A stretch of DNA of 64,000 nt from an uncultured Alphaproteobacteria bacterium (GCA_963839185.1 CAWIUD010000009.1:16617-80616), one strand, 5' to 3'. Counted from the first letter of the stretch, positions 1 to 10,874 are shown. Numbers and translations are program-made. The notes: generated by a model from the letters alone, not told the origin.

Positions 1-556
1 CGTCCGCGCTCGGGGCCGGCAGTCCCATACCGCGACAGAGCGGGTCATGGTGGGCGAGCAGCCGGTCGATCTTGTCGTCGAGCGAATCCGGCTCAGCAAG
101 GTCCATCAGCCGGATCGCGCGCCGCCCGATCTTGTCCTCATAAGCCGGGCCGATGCCGCGCTTCGTGGTTCCGATTCTGGGCGCCGGCGCCGCGCCGGAC
201 TCGCGGTGGGCGTCGAGTTCGCGATGCAGCGACAGGATGAGCGGGACATTCTCGGCGATCTTCAGGTTGGCCGGGGTCACCTCGACGCCTTGGCTGCGCA
301 GCTTACCGATCTCCTCGACCAGGTGATAGGGATCGAGGACGACGCCGTTGCCAATGATCGACAGTTTGCCGGGGCGCACAATTCCGGATGGCAGAAGCGC
401 GAGCTTATAGACCTTGCCGTCGACCACCAGCGTGTGCCCGGCGTTATGGCCGCCCTGGAAGCGCACGACGATGTCGGCGCCGACCGAGAGCCAATCGACG
501 ATCTTGCCCTTTCCCTCGTCGCCCCACTGGGCGCCGACAACCACGACATTGGCCAT
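1..556 (-). CDS. purA: Adenylosuccinate synthetase, 5' part (runs off window start)
   Basis: Manual minus-strand translation from ATG at 556: [23 protein letters not shown]...[11 protein letters not shown]...[15 protein letters not shown]. Missing from the ORF track; the + ORF 47..664 is its shadow. Confidence 0.96.
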   Translation of the reverse strand, partial: MANVVVVGAQWGDEGKGKIVDWLSVGADIVVRFQGGHNAGHTLVVDGKVYKLALLPSGIVRPGKLSIIGNGVVLDPYHLVEEIGKLRSQGVEVTPANLKIAENVPLILSLHRELDAHRESGAAPAPRIGTTKRGIGPAYEDKIGRRAIRLMDLAEPDSLDDKIDRLLAHHDPLCRGMGLPAPSAD

Positions 557-802
557 CGCCGATCGCTCTCCTGCGCTCTTCCCAAAGCAGCGAAGCCCCG
601 GCGTCAGCAACAAGCTGAAGCCGGGGCTTATTGCGGCGATGGCCTAAACGATCGGCCAACCTGAGTAAAGTCGCCATCTGCCGCGCGCTGGCGTTCGGGG
701 AGCAGTGCGAGGCGGAGAGAAAAACCCCGCGGGCCGTCTTGGATTGGCCGCAACCAGTGTCCATATGCCCGGCGCGGCCGATCGGGCCGCAGGGAGAGCG
801 AC

Positions 803-1600
803 ATGACCCCCGAAGAACGCCAGATGCTCGCCGGGCTTTTCGAGCGCGTCAACGCGACCGCCTCGACGCCGCGCGACGCGGAGGCGGAAGCTTTCATCAA
901 CGGCGCGGTCCGCGCCGCGCCGTTTGCGCCCTACGTCCTGGCGCAAACTGTACTCGTTCAGCAGCAGACCCTGGAGGCCGCGGCGCGCCGAGTCGCGGAA
1001 CTCGAGGCCGCCCAACGCCAGGACGCCGAGCAACCCGAAGAACATGGCAGTTTTCTCGGCAATCTCGGCAAGACGATCTTCGGCGGAGGCGCGCCGGCCG
1101 CCCCGCAGCGACCGGGATACGACCAATCCGCTTATCAACGCGCGCCTGCGCCTCCTCCGCCGCAGGGCTACGCTCCGCCTCCGCCGCCGCAAGGCTATCC
1201 TCCGCCGCCTCCACAGGGCTATCCGCAGCAGCCGGGCCCGTGGGGCGCTCCTGCGCAGCCGCGGAGCGGCGGCTTCCTGCAGAACGCCGCTTCAACCGCG
1301 GCGGGCGTCGCGGGCGGCGTTGCCCTCGGCAATCTCCTGGGCGGCCTGTTCGGCGGCCATGGCGGCGGCCTGTTCGGCGGATCAGGAATTGGCGGCGCCG
1401 GGTTTGGCGGCGCCGGGCTTGGCGGCAATCCGGCGGAAGTCACCGAAATCAACAACTTCTACGACGACAAGCCGGACCATGGCGGCTCGGACGCCGCGCA
1501 ATTCGATCCCGGCGTCCAGGACGCGAGCTACGACAACCAGGACAATTCGGGCTTCGACGGCTCTTCGTCTGATGACGGCGGCGGCTACGACGACGTCTGA
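803..1600 (+). CDS. DUF2076-family protein with Pro/Gly-rich middle
   Basis: MTPEERQMLAGLFERV...DAEAEAFI...APYVLAQTVLVQ; GGFLQNAASTAAGVAGG; three tandem PPPP(P)QGY units; acidic tail. Confidence 0.8.
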   Translation: MTPEERQMLAGLFERVNATASTPRDAEAEAFINGAVRAAPFAPYVLAQTVLVQQQTLEAAARRVAELEAAQRQDAEQPEEHGSFLGNLGKTIFGGGAPAAPQRPGYDQSAYQRAPAPPPPQGYAPPPPPQGYPPPPPQGYPQQPGPWGAPAQPRSGGFLQNAASTAAGVAGGVALGNLLGGLFGGHGGGLFGGSGIGGAGFGGAGLGGNPAEVTEINNFYDDKPDHGGSDAAQFDPGVQDASYDNQDNSGFDGSSSDDGGGYDDV

Positions 1601-1659
1601 TTGCGGTCGAACGACCCGCGCCGCCTGACGCCGGCGCGCGTCGCCGCGGCTTTGCGCCG

Positions 1660-2478
1660 TCACCTCTCGCGGGACGCGACGGCCTCCCGCGAGGCTTTCA
1701 ATCCGTTGAGCGGGTTGGTCTCGTCCCAGCCGTAGCGCAGCGTCTCGAAGCGCATGGCGCGCGCGTCGATCATCAGGAGCCGCCCCACAAGGCCCTCGTC
1801 GCCGGCGCCAAAGCCGCCGACGATCTCGCGGATCGCCTCGAGCGCCATCAACGAGCCGAGCACGCCGCCGAGCGCCCCCAGCACGCCGGCCTCGGCGCAG
1901 GTCGGGATCGTTCCGGGCTCCGGCGGATCGGGAAACAGGCAGCGATAGGTTGGATTGGGCCGTCCGTCCGGGGCCGTTTCATATGGCTTCAGCGTGGTCA
2001 GCGTGCCGTCGAATTCGCCGAGCGCGGCCGAGACGAGCGGCCGGCGCTCGTAGAAGCAGGCGTCCGACAGCGCATAGCGGGTCGCGAAATTGTCTGAACC
2101 GTCGAGCACGACGTCGAACCGTGCGACCAGCCTTCGGGCGTTCGCCGAGTCGAGCCTCGCCGCGACCGGCTCGACGGCGACATGGGGGTTGAGCCGCTTG
2201 ATCGCCGCAGCGGCGCTATCCGTCTTCGGCCGCCCGACGTCGTCCGTTCCATGGATGATCTGGCGGTGCAGGTTCGAGAGCGCGACGGCGTCGTCGTCGA
2301 CGATGCCGAGCGTCCCGATCCCGGCGCCGGCTAGATATTGCAGGACAGGCGAACCCAGGCCGCCGGCGCCGACCACCAGCGCGCGGGCGGCCTTGAGCTT
2401 ATTCTGCCCGGGTCCGCCGACGCCCCTGAGCACGATCTGGCGCGCGTAGCGCTCGACTTCTTCGATGGAGAGGGTCAT
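1660..2478 (-). CDS. moeB: HesA/MoeB/ThiF family adenylyltransferase
   Basis: ERYARQI, VVGAGGLGSP, SNLHRQ, DGSDNFATRY, YRCLFP...TCAEAGVLG motifs. Confidence 0.9.
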   Translation of the reverse strand: MTLSIEEVERYARQIVLRGVGGPGQNKLKAARALVVGAGGLGSPVLQYLAGAGIGTLGIVDDDAVALSNLHRQIIHGTDDVGRPKTDSAAAAIKRLNPHVAVEPVAARLDSANARRLVARFDVVLDGSDNFATRYALSDACFYERRPLVSAALGEFDGTLTTLKPYETAPDGRPNPTYRCLFPDPPEPGTIPTCAEAGVLGALGGVLGSLMALEAIREIVGGFGAGDEGLVGRLLMIDARAMRFETLRYGWDETNPLNGLKASREAVASRER

Positions 2479-2680
2479 CGGCCCTGTCGGGCCGGGCGCC
2501 CCTGCGGTTTTGTCTGCGAGTGAATCTTTTCAAGCATTTAGGCGCCTTTTTTCGTCACTTTTTCGCTTTCCTATTTTACTGCATTAAACTGTATATATAT
2601 TGCTCTCTCGCGGGGCGCCTGGAACAAGCTGCAACCGCCTGTCGTTAGGAAAGCTCGGAACGCAGAGCGGAGGCAACAGC

Positions 2681-3010
2681 ATGCAAGGACGTTTGATCAA
2701 ACTGGCGGTGTTGGCCTCGCTTATCCCGGGCGCGGCTCTCGCGGACACTGTGTCTCCAGAAGCCGATGCGTGCAAGGCGAGCGGCTTGATCGCCCTCAAG
2801 CAAAAGTATCCTCAGGTAAAGGACGTGCTGATCGATCTCGATAGCGCCAAAATCATCAAGGCCGACACGACCATCGAGAACGTGCCGGTACGCACCGTCG
2901 TGATCGGAGACGCATATGTCGAGCGGACAAAAACCACAAAACCGCAGACGCTTGTCTGCGTGATCGGAGACAAGGGGAAGGTTCTGCTGACGTTGTTCAG
3001 CGATAAGTAA
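2681..3010 (+). CDS. Small exported hypothetical protein (two Cys)
   Basis: GGAGG RBS before ATG 2681; signal peptide MQGRLIKLAVLASLIPGAALA-D. Confidence 0.7.
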   Translation: MQGRLIKLAVLASLIPGAALADTVSPEADACKASGLIALKQKYPQVKDVLIDLDSAKIIKADTTIENVPVRTVVIGDAYVERTKTTKPQTLVCVIGDKGKVLLTLFSDK

Positions 3011-3191
3011 TCATCCAGCGATCGCCGCTTATGCCTCGCTCGGCGATCGCGTTCGCCTTTAGTGCAGAAGGAGCAGTTCGCGCTGGCGACGGGATCGCTC
3101 AGTCGCTCTAGCGGGTTATGTATCGGGTTGTCAGAACGCTCGATCCAGCGCAAGTTTCGTGAGGCCGACTTGAATTGGGGCAACGGCCTGC

Positions 3192-4654
3192 TTGCGGGAT
3201 GCCGACGTTGCGCTGTTTTGGAATTTGATCACTGCCCTTGTTTTCGCGACAATCTGCGGGACATTTTCGTTCGCTCAAAGCTCTACGAGCCTTGCTGACG
3301 AGGAAATTTCAGAATTGAAAACGTCCTCCGGGTTGCTTGCTACGCGCTCCGGACTGGGAGTTGAATGCGGCGCTAATGCGAAGTCTCGCCGATACTTGTG
3401 TCACCCTACTCCTGCACGGTAAATTACTACTCACAGATACATGGTGAGGATAACCGCGGTATTTCCATCAATGATCGATCCTCAGCTAGTCTCAGTAGCT
3501 ACAGGAACTGGCGGCAACGCTTGTTGCTGGGAAAACTCATATATCGGATTTTACCGTGAAACCTCCGCTAAAATTCAAGGGCGGTTTCAGCAAAAAGAAA
3601 TATCGGCCACGGTATCTGGCGTAGTATTTCCGATTTACGAGGGTCTTGATACTCTTGGTGACTTACTGATAGCCACGTACAGCTACAAGTTTGGCAGTGC
3701 CAAACTTGTGAAAATACAGATTGTGCCAAAATATGATTTTACACCGCTGACAGAGAAAAAGTACCCACATGAAATATTAGCTGATCTCGCGGTTAGATAG
3801 CCGATTCTGAAAGCCGTCGGGACCAACGACTTTTCCCAATTTAGAGAGTCAACGGCTGTCGCAGTCCCTTTAACAGATACGACGGCAGCTTCATAGTCGC
3901 CGATGGTTGTCAGCCGCACAACTGCCTCGATGGTTACGCGATGTTCATCTTAGACGTTGCGAACAAATTGGCTTGGGCGATTGAGGGCACAGGCGACGCC
4001 GACACCGGTGAGCTTCCAAAGGCCCGTATCTGGGGCGCACTGGCGGCAACCGATACCGTGCCGAAGCGTGAGATCACCCAGTGGCTGGCTCGACACAGGG
4101 TTCCCGCAGGACGGGTCACTTTCGTTCCGCTACCATACGGGTTTCGGCGTTATACAAACGACCGCGTCAGATGGTCTACCGACGCCCAAGCCCCGCGACC
4201 TACCGCGTGCGGCCCAAAGGCGGACATTTCGCCCGTACTGCCCGCAGCTCAAACACAGGGCGCGCGGAATTCAGCCATCGCACTGGACAGGGAAGGCGGT
4301 ACTTTTCTGGTTCCAGTTGTTATCAATGGCGAACTGACCCTCAAATTTACTCTTGATAGCGGCGCGTCAGACGTGAGTATCCCTGCCGATGTCGTCCTGA
4401 CACTGCTCCGGACGGGCACGCTAACTCACGACGATTTTTTGGGGACTAAAACGTATCGCCTCGCGGACGGGTCGACCATTCCTTCGCAGACTTTTCGTAT
4501 ACGGTCGTTGAGGGTCGGCGATCGTGTCCTCGAAGATGTCACAGCAAGCGTAGCTCCTGTATCGGGAACCCTGTTGCTTGGGCAGAGCTTTTTGAGCAGG
4601 TTTAAGACTTGGTCGATCGACAACGAGCGTCGAGTCCTGCTACTCGCCCAGTGA
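3192..4654 (+). pseudogene. Probable single exported protein with an Ivy-like CxPHxC domain and a C-terminal retropepsin-like aspartyl protease, broken by two in-frame stops and one frameshift
   Basis: ORFs 3192..3422 and 3441..3800 share a frame (stops TAA 3420, TAG 3798). That frame stays open to ~3870, then shifts into the frame of 3941..4654 giving DGSFIVADGCQPHNCLDGYAMF. C-terminus has FTLDSGASDVSIP and LLGQSFLSRF. Confidence 0.6.
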
Positions 4655-4895
4655 GCGTTATACGTTGCGTTGCGGCGGCAATGGCGACAAAGAACCTCAT
4701 TGCATGAATTTGTGACTACTCGCCAGGTGTGGGTCCAAAAGCCGAATTCCAAACTGGCACGTTTTCAGCAGTCGGTCCGCGTTTTATTTAGCGAACCCAC
4801 CCCCTATATGCGAATAAAGCCGGAGCACCATTCCGTCGCTTGAGAGAGTGACCTGTGAATTTGGTCGGCTGGATTGACCCCAAGGAGCGAGGCGT

Positions 4896-6081
4896 ATGAG
4901 CGCAGATCCCATCGTCATCGTCGGCGCCGCGCGGACCCCGATGGGCGGCTTCCTGGGCGATCTGAAGGATGTCTCGGCGCCCGCGTTGGGCGCTTCGGCG
5001 ATCGCCGCGGCGGTCGAGCGGGCGGGAGTTCCGTCCGACAGCGTCGACGAGATTCTGATGGGCTGCGTCCTGCCCGCTGGCCAGGGCCAGGCGCCGGCCC
5101 GTCAGGCGGCGATCGGCGCCGGGACTGCCGCTCGCAGCGGGCGCAACGACGATCAACAAAATGTGCGGCTCGGGGATGAAGGCGGCGATGGTCGCGAGCG
5201 ACCTCTTGCGCGCGGGCTCGGCGGATGTCGTCGTCGCCGGCGGCATGGAGAGCATGAGCAACGCGCCCTACCTGCTCGACCGCGCGCGCACTGGCTATCG
5301 CATGGGCCACGGCCGTACGCTCGACCATATGTTCCTCGATGGCCTCGAGGACGCCTACGACAAAGGCCGCCTGATGGGGACTTTCGCCGAGGACTGCGCG
5401 CAGGATTATCAGTTCACGAGAAGCGAGCAGGATTCCTACGCCCTCGCCTCGCTGGAGCGCGCCAACCGGGCGATCAAGGACGGGGCGTTTGCGTGGGAGA
5501 TCGCGAACGTCACGGTCAAAGCGGGCAAGTCGGAGACAATCGTTTCGACCGACGAACAGCCGCCGAAAGCGCGGCCGGAGAAAATCCCGACGCTGAAGCC
5601 CGCCTTCCGTGAGGGCGGCACGGTGACTGCGGCCAATTCGAGCTCGATCTCGGACGGCGCCGCGGCGCTGGTCATGATGCGCGAAAGCGAAGCGAATAAG
5701 CGGGGCGCGACGCCGCTGGCCCGGGTCGTCGCCCATTCGACGCACGCGGCCGCGCCCAAGGATTTTCCGACCGCCCCGATCGGCGCGCTGCGCAAGCTGT
5801 TCGACAAGACCGGCTGGGACCCTTCGTCAGTTGATCTCTTCGAGATCAACGAGGCCTTCGCGGTCGTCGCGATGGCGGCGATGCGCGATCTTGGGCTGCC
5901 GCATGAGAAAGTGAACGTCAACGGCGGCGCCTGCGCGCTCGGCCATCCGATCGGCGCCTCGGGCGCGCGCATCCTCGTCACCTTGATCGGCGCCCTGCGC
6001 GCGCGCGGATTGAAGCGCGGCGTCGCTTCGCTGTGCATCGGCGGGGGCGAAGCGACCGCTATGGCGATCGAGGCGGCGTAG
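4896..6081 (+). CDS. Acetyl-CoA C-acyltransferase (thiolase); frameshift near 5120
   Basis: IVIVGAARTPMGGF, INKMCGSGM, NEAFA, GHPIGASG, LCIGGGEA. Confidence 0.92.
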
Positions 6082-6090
6082 GCAAGCTGC

Positions 6091-6184
6091 TCGTCATCGC
6101 GAGCGAACGCGAAGCGATCCAGGGTTCGTAGGGCGCGGCTGTCGCCTCTGGATCGCCGCGCGGCTTTGCCGCTTGCGATGACGA
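6091..6184. repeat. Alphaproteobacterial intergenic palindromic element between convergent genes
   Basis: TCGTCATCGC...GCGATCCAG...CTGGATCGC...GCGATGACGA nested inverted repeats. Confidence 0.7.
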
Positions 6185-6195
6185 CGCCAGCCAAT

Positions 6196-7677
6196 TCACC
6201 GGAATGGCGGTTCGTCGAAACTGCGCAGCTTGCGGGAATGCAGCGTGTCGTCCTGGCTCTGCAGGAGGCCGATCGCGGCGATGCCGATTTGCAGATGTTC
6301 GGCGATCGCCCGCTCGTAGAAGGCGTTGGCGGCGCCGGGCAGCTTGATCTCGCCGTGCAGCGGCTTGTCCGAGACGCAGAGCAGCGTGCCATATGGCACC
6401 CGCATGCGGAAACCTTGCGTCGCGACCGTCGCCGATTCCATGTCGACCGCGATGGCGCGGGAGATGTTGATGAGCCGGCGCTCCTTGGTCCAGCGCAATT
6501 CCCAATTGCGGTCGTCGTTGGTGACCACGGTGCCGGTGCGCAACCGGCGCTTCAGCGCTTCGCCCCGGTCGCCGGTGACTTTCGCCACCGCTTCCTGTAG
6601 CGCGACCTGCACTTCGGCCAGCGCCGGAATCGGCATCATCGGCGGGACTGCGTCGTCGAGAATGTTGTCGCGCCGCAGATAGGCGTGCGCCAGCACGTAG
6701 TCGCCGATCTTCTGCGACTGCCGAAGGCCCGCGCAATGGCCGACCATCAGCCAGCAATGCGGCCTCAGCACCGCGATATGGTCGGTGATGTTCTTGGCGT
6801 TCGAGGGGCCGACGCCGATGTTGACGAGACTGACGCCGCGCCCGTCGCCGCGCACGCAATGATAGGCCGGCATCTGAAAGCGATGCCAGGCGACGGCGGA
6901 AACCCGCGCCTCGGCTTCCGCCTGCGGAACCGAGGCGTCGATGACCACGTTGCCCGGCAGAACGACCTTCTCGACGCCGGCGCCCGCGTGCAAAAGCTTG
7001 AGGCCCCATTGCACGAACTGGTCGACATAACGGTGATAGTTGGTCAAGAGCACCCAGGGCTGCATCGCCCGCCAGTCGGAGCCGGTGTAGTGCACGAGCC
7101 GGCGAAGCGAATAGTCGACCCGCGGAGCGTCGAACAGCGCTAGCGGACGCTCCGGACCAAGCGCGAATTCGCCGTCCGCGGTCTCGTCGCCGATCGTGGC
7201 GAGCGAGGGCACGGGAAAGAACCGCGCGAGTTCGGCGGCGTCGGCGCCGCCGCGGGTCAGCTCGTCGCCGCTTTCGATGACGTAAGGGTAGGGAATCTCC
7301 TGTCCGCCCACGCCAACCTCGATTGTGGCCCCGTATTCGCTGACCAGCGGCTCGAGCTGCTCGAGCAAATAGGCGCGAAACTCCCCCGGCTGCGTGACCG
7401 TGGTCGAATAGACGCCCGCCTCGCTGAATTTGGCGAAAGCCCGCGCGCTGGACGGCGGGAGGCCTTCGGGGTCGTAAGTTAGCCTGAGCTCGGGATAGCG
7501 AAACAGGGCGCGCGTCGCGGACGAAGGCGGCTCGCCTTCCTTCAGGAAGCGATCGACCGCGCCGCGCAACGCCTGCGCGGCGTCATCGTAGAGGCGTGCG
7601 AGGCGGTCGACCGCTTCGCCCGGCGTCGAAACCCGCTCGAACGGACCCCTGACATTATCGATCGAGGAGATCAGCAC
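6196..7677 (-). CDS. amn: AMP nucleosidase
   Basis: LTNYHRYVDQF, NIGVGPSNAKNITDH, DMESAT, VSDKPLHGEIK, SRKLRSFDEPPFR. Confidence 0.96.
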   Translation of the reverse strand: MLISSIDNVRGPFERVSTPGEAVDRLARLYDDAAQALRGAVDRFLKEGEPPSSATRALFRYPELRLTYDPEGLPPSSARAFAKFSEAGVYSTTVTQPGEFRAYLLEQLEPLVSEYGATIEVGVGGQEIPYPYVIESGDELTRGGADAAELARFFPVPSLATIGDETADGEFALGPERPLALFDAPRVDYSLRRLVHYTGSDWRAMQPWVLLTNYHRYVDQFVQWGLKLLHAGAGVEKVVLPGNVVIDASVPQAEAEARVSAVAWHRFQMPAYHCVRGDGRGVSLVNIGVGPSNAKNITDHIAVLRPHCWLMVGHCAGLRQSQKIGDYVLAHAYLRRDNILDDAVPPMMPIPALAEVQVALQEAVAKVTGDRGEALKRRLRTGTVVTNDDRNWELRWTKERRLINISRAIAVDMESATVATQGFRMRVPYGTLLCVSDKPLHGEIKLPGAANAFYERAIAEHLQIGIAAIGLLQSQDDTLHSRKLRSFDEPPFR

Positions 7678-7782
7678 GGGGGCGCTCCTTCAGGAAAAGA
7701 CATCGAGCCGACGCCGCGCGATGCGATTGCAGTGTGATGCCGAGGTGGCCTTTGCGCCGGCGCCTCAGGTTCGAAGAAAGGT

Positions 7783-8310
7783 TCAGGCGGGCGAGATGCC
7801 GGGGATGGCCCCAAGGAAATCGCGCTTGCCAATCTCAAGTCCGGTCGAACGCAGGATGTCGTAAGCCGACGTCAGATGGAAATAGAAGTTTGGGAGAACA
7901 AAATGCAGGAGATAGTTCGTCCCTTGCATTTTCATCTTGACGCTGGGACCGAGCGGAATAATGACCTCGCGCTCCTCACCCGCATCGACTGCCGCGGCGT
8001 CGAGGGTCTTCAGGTGGCCGAGCGTCGTCTGAATGCGCTCGCGCAACTCGGCGATCGTCGTTTCCTTGTCTTCGATGCGCGGAGGCTGGATCCCGGCGAG
8101 GCGGAAGGAGCCGTTTTTCGCATGATCGCAAAACGTCTGGACCTGCCGGCTGAAGGTGAACATATCGGGGGCGAGGCGAATCGGAAGGTAGTTCGACGGA
8201 TCGAACTTGCGCGCCGCCGCATGCGCCTCCGCCTTGTCGAGGATGCCGAGAAACGCCGCGAGCGAGCGCTCGAAGACCGGTACGCTGGACTGATAGAGCG
8301 AAATGGACAT
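7783..8310 (-). CDS. DUF1993 family (DinB-like) protein
   Basis: RLAPDMFTFSRQVQ, LPNFYFHLTSAYDILR, IGKRDFLG. Confidence 0.88.
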   Translation of the reverse strand: MSISLYQSSVPVFERSLAAFLGILDKAEAHAAARKFDPSNYLPIRLAPDMFTFSRQVQTFCDHAKNGSFRLAGIQPPRIEDKETTIAELRERIQTTLGHLKTLDAAAVDAGEEREVIIPLGPSVKMKMQGTNYLLHFVLPNFYFHLTSAYDILRSTGLEIGKRDFLGAIPGISPA

Positions 8311-8416
8311 GGGCCGAGGTTCCTCCAGCAAACGCCGCGCTTGGTTGTTGACGCATTGCATGCACGGAAAATGTGACGATATCAACTTTCCGCCGGCCGG
8401 CCTGCCTTGCCCAAAA

Positions 8417-9109
8417 TCAGCTCCTGCGCGGGCCGAGCGCCAAGTCCGGGCGCCGCTCGCGCGTAATCCGCTCCGCCTCGCGCCGGCGCCACTCGGCGAT
8501 TTTCGCGTGGTCGCCGGATACGAGCACCTCCGGAATGGCGCGGCCCTCCCAGTCGCGCGGGCGGGTGAACTGAGGATATTCGAGCAGACCGTTCTCGAAG
8601 CTCTCGGAAACCGCGGATTCCTCTTTGCCCATCACGCCGGCAAGGAGCCGCACGCAGGCGTCGAGAACGGCAAGCGCGGCGATCTCGCCGCCGGACAGCA
8701 CATAGTCGCCGATCGAGACCTCAATGAGCCCGCGCGCCTCGATGAGTCGCTCGTCGACGCCCTCGAATCGGGGACAGACGAGGACAAGCCCCGGCCCTGA
8801 CGCCCATTCGCGCGCCTGCGCCTGTGTGAAAAGCCGCCCGCGCGGACTCATGATCAGGCGCGGACGCGGATCGCCGGGCGCAAGCGCGGCGTCCAGGCTC
8901 GCCGCCAGGACGTCGGCGCGCATCACCATGCCGGGGCCGCCGCCGGCCGGCGTGTCATCGACCGCGCGATGGCGCCCGAGCCCGTGGTCGCGAATGTCGC
9001 GCGCCTCGCAGGACCAGAGCTGGCGCGCGAGCGCCTCGCCGGCCAGCGATAGGCCGAGCGGCCCGGGGAACATGGCGGGAAACAGCGTCAGGATCGTGCA
9101 GGCGAACAT
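8417..9109 (-). CDS. trmD: tRNA (guanine37-N1)-methyltransferase
   Basis: [50 protein letters not shown]. Confidence 0.97.
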   Translation of the reverse strand: MFACTILTLFPAMFPGPLGLSLAGEALARQLWSCEARDIRDHGLGRHRAVDDTPAGGGPGMVMRADVLAASLDAALAPGDPRPRLIMSPRGRLFTQAQAREWASGPGLVLVCPRFEGVDERLIEARGLIEVSIGDYVLSGGEIAALAVLDACVRLLAGVMGKEESAVSESFENGLLEYPQFTRPRDWEGRAIPEVLVSGDHAKIAEWRRREAERITRERRPDLALGPRRS

Positions 9110-9177
9110 CTTGCCTCGCGCCCGTGCGCCCTTCGCGCCCGCGCGCGTCGCGGGTCGACCGGGAAGCGCGCGCCCGA

Positions 9178-9834
9178 TCAGACCTGCAGAATGGAGTTGA
9201 AATCGAAGTTGGCGTTCGGCGGGTTTTCGCCGACCCGCAACGTCTTATCGCTCGGGAAATGATAGGGTGGCACGGGCAGGTTGTAGGGGGCGGGAACGCC
9301 CTGGAACACACGGCCCGCCAGATCGTATTTCGAGCCGTGGCACGGGCAGAAGAAACCGCCCGGCCAATCCGGCGCGGGATTGGCCGCATCGGGCGTCGGC
9401 TCGTAGAGCGGGATGCAACCGAGGTGGGTGCAGACGCCGACCAGAACGAGAATCTCCGGCTTGATCGAGCGGCTCCAGTTCGCGGCGTAGGCCGGCTGCT
9501 GCAAGTTGGCGGAGTCGGGATCGCGAAGCTCGGCCAGCAGCTTGGGATTGCGCAACTCATCGAGCGCCGGCTGCGGCCGGTTGACGACGAAGACTGGCCG
9601 CGCACTCCACAATACGACGATCCGCTGGCCGGGCTGCAGCTGGCCGATGTCGATGTCCACCGGACCTGCCGCTGCGATGGTCGCGGCGTCTGGATTCATC
9701 TGGTCGATGAATGGCCATAGGGTCGCAGCGACTCCGACCGTGGCGACCGACCCGGTGACCAGGAAGAGGAAATCGCGCTTCGAGACCGAATCGTGCCCGG
9801 TCTCGTCCGAAACCGTTCCGGAAGCCGTCGTCAT
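9178..9834 (-). CDS. petA: Ubiquinol-cytochrome c reductase Rieske iron-sulfur subunit (no petB/petC adjacent)
   Basis: Tat-like SKRDFL plus TM helix; CTHLGC and CPCHGSKYD boxes; PAPYNLPVP. Confidence 0.93.
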   Translation of the reverse strand: MTTASGTVSDETGHDSVSKRDFLFLVTGSVATVGVAATLWPFIDQMNPDAATIAAAGPVDIDIGQLQPGQRIVVLWSARPVFVVNRPQPALDELRNPKLLAELRDPDSANLQQPAYAANWSRSIKPEILVLVGVCTHLGCIPLYEPTPDAANPAPDWPGGFFCPCHGSKYDLAGRVFQGVPAPYNLPVPPYHFPSDKTLRVGENPPNANFDFNSILQV

Positions 9835-9989
9835 TCAAGCCATCTCCTCAACCGAACGCCTCGCCGGAGCGCCGCAAACTTGGCATGCCCCGCAGCGCCA
9901 CGGCGATACACCGTTTCATCGTTGCGCCGCAAGAAGCCGCGAGAGGTTGCGACTGTAGACTCGCCCCAACACGCGCGCAATCGCGCCGG

Positions 9990-10508
9990 TCAGTCTTCGA
10001 ATTCCTCCGGCGGCGCGACGACGATCCGCCCGCTGTCGAAATCGATCAGTGGCGCGACCGCCTTGGTGAACGGAAGGAGCAGCGTTTCGCCGCCTCCCTC
10101 AGGCGCGATCTCGAGGATGTCGCCTGCGCCAAAATTGCTCAGCGCGGCGACGCGGCCGACACGCTCGCCAGCGCCATTCACCGCGTCGAGGCCGATGAGA
10201 TCGTCGTAGTAGAATTCGTCGACGCTGGGCTCGGGCAGCTGGCCCCGACGGGCGAAGATCTCCACGCCGGTCAGCGCCTTCGCCGCCTCGAGCGTGCCGA
10301 TCCCGGTCACCCGCGCGACGAGCATCTCGTCCTTCAGCGACCGAAGCGATTCGAACACGAAGGCGCGCGTCGCGCCCTTGTCGGTCAGCGGCCCGTAGGC
10401 GCCGATCGCCTTCGGATCGCCGGTCAGCGATTTGACCCGGACCTCGCCACGCACGCCTTGCGGCGCGCCGAACGCGCCGAGGAGGATAAGCCGGTCCGGC
10501 GAGCGCAA
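9990..10508 (-). CDS. rimM: Ribosome maturation factor RimM
   Basis: GAPQGVRGEVRV, EFYYDDLIGL, NFGAGDILEI, LLPFT. Confidence 0.96.
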   Translation of the reverse strand: MRSPDRLILLGAFGAPQGVRGEVRVKSLTGDPKAIGAYGPLTDKGATRAFVFESLRSLKDEMLVARVTGIGTLEAAKALTGVEIFARRGQLPEPSVDEFYYDDLIGLDAVNGAGERVGRVAALSNFGAGDILEIAPEGGGETLLLPFTKAVAPLIDFDSGRIVVAPPEEFED

Positions 10509-10511
10509 GCG

Positions 10512-10874
10512 TCAGGCGGCGGGAGCAGCCGCCGCCTTGGCTGCGGCGGCTTCGGCGGCGGCCACGCGCTCCTGGGCCTTTTTCTTCGGCTTGGCCTTCT
10601 CCGGATTGACGCGAGCTTCGCGCTTGGCGAGTCCGAGGCCGTCGAGCAGGCGCAGCACGCGGTCCGTCGGCTGCGCGCCCTTGGCGATCCAGCTCTTGGC
10701 CTTCTCGCCATCAAGCACGACCCGCTTCGCGTCGTCCTTGGCTTTCAGCGGATCGAAGGTGCCGATCTTCTCGACGAAGCGTCCATCGCGCGGCATGCGC
10801 GCATCGGCGACGACAATACGGTAGAACGGGCGTTTTTTCGCGCCGGCGCGCGACAGGCGGATTTTGAGGGACAT
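10512..10874 (-). CDS. rpsP: 30S ribosomal protein S16
   Basis: [46 protein letters not shown]. Confidence 0.98.
   Translation of the reverse strand: MSLKIRLSRAGAKKRPFYRIVVADARMPRDGRFVEKIGTFDPLKAKDDAKRVVLDGEKAKSWIAKGAQPTDRVLRLLDGLGLAKREARVNPEKAKPKKKAQERVAAAEAAAAKAAAAPAA

Noticed and set aside
47-664. 205-aa plus-strand ORF
   Set aside because: Antisense shadow of purA.
1140-1230. Tandem 24-27 bp repeats, considered as a CRISPR-like or other array
   Set aside because: They encode PPPPQGY units inside the DUF2076 gene; no spacers and no cas genes.
4755-4769. TGGCAC-N7-GC possible sigma54 promoter before the thiolase
   Set aside because: The -12 element lacks TTGC; too weak to call.
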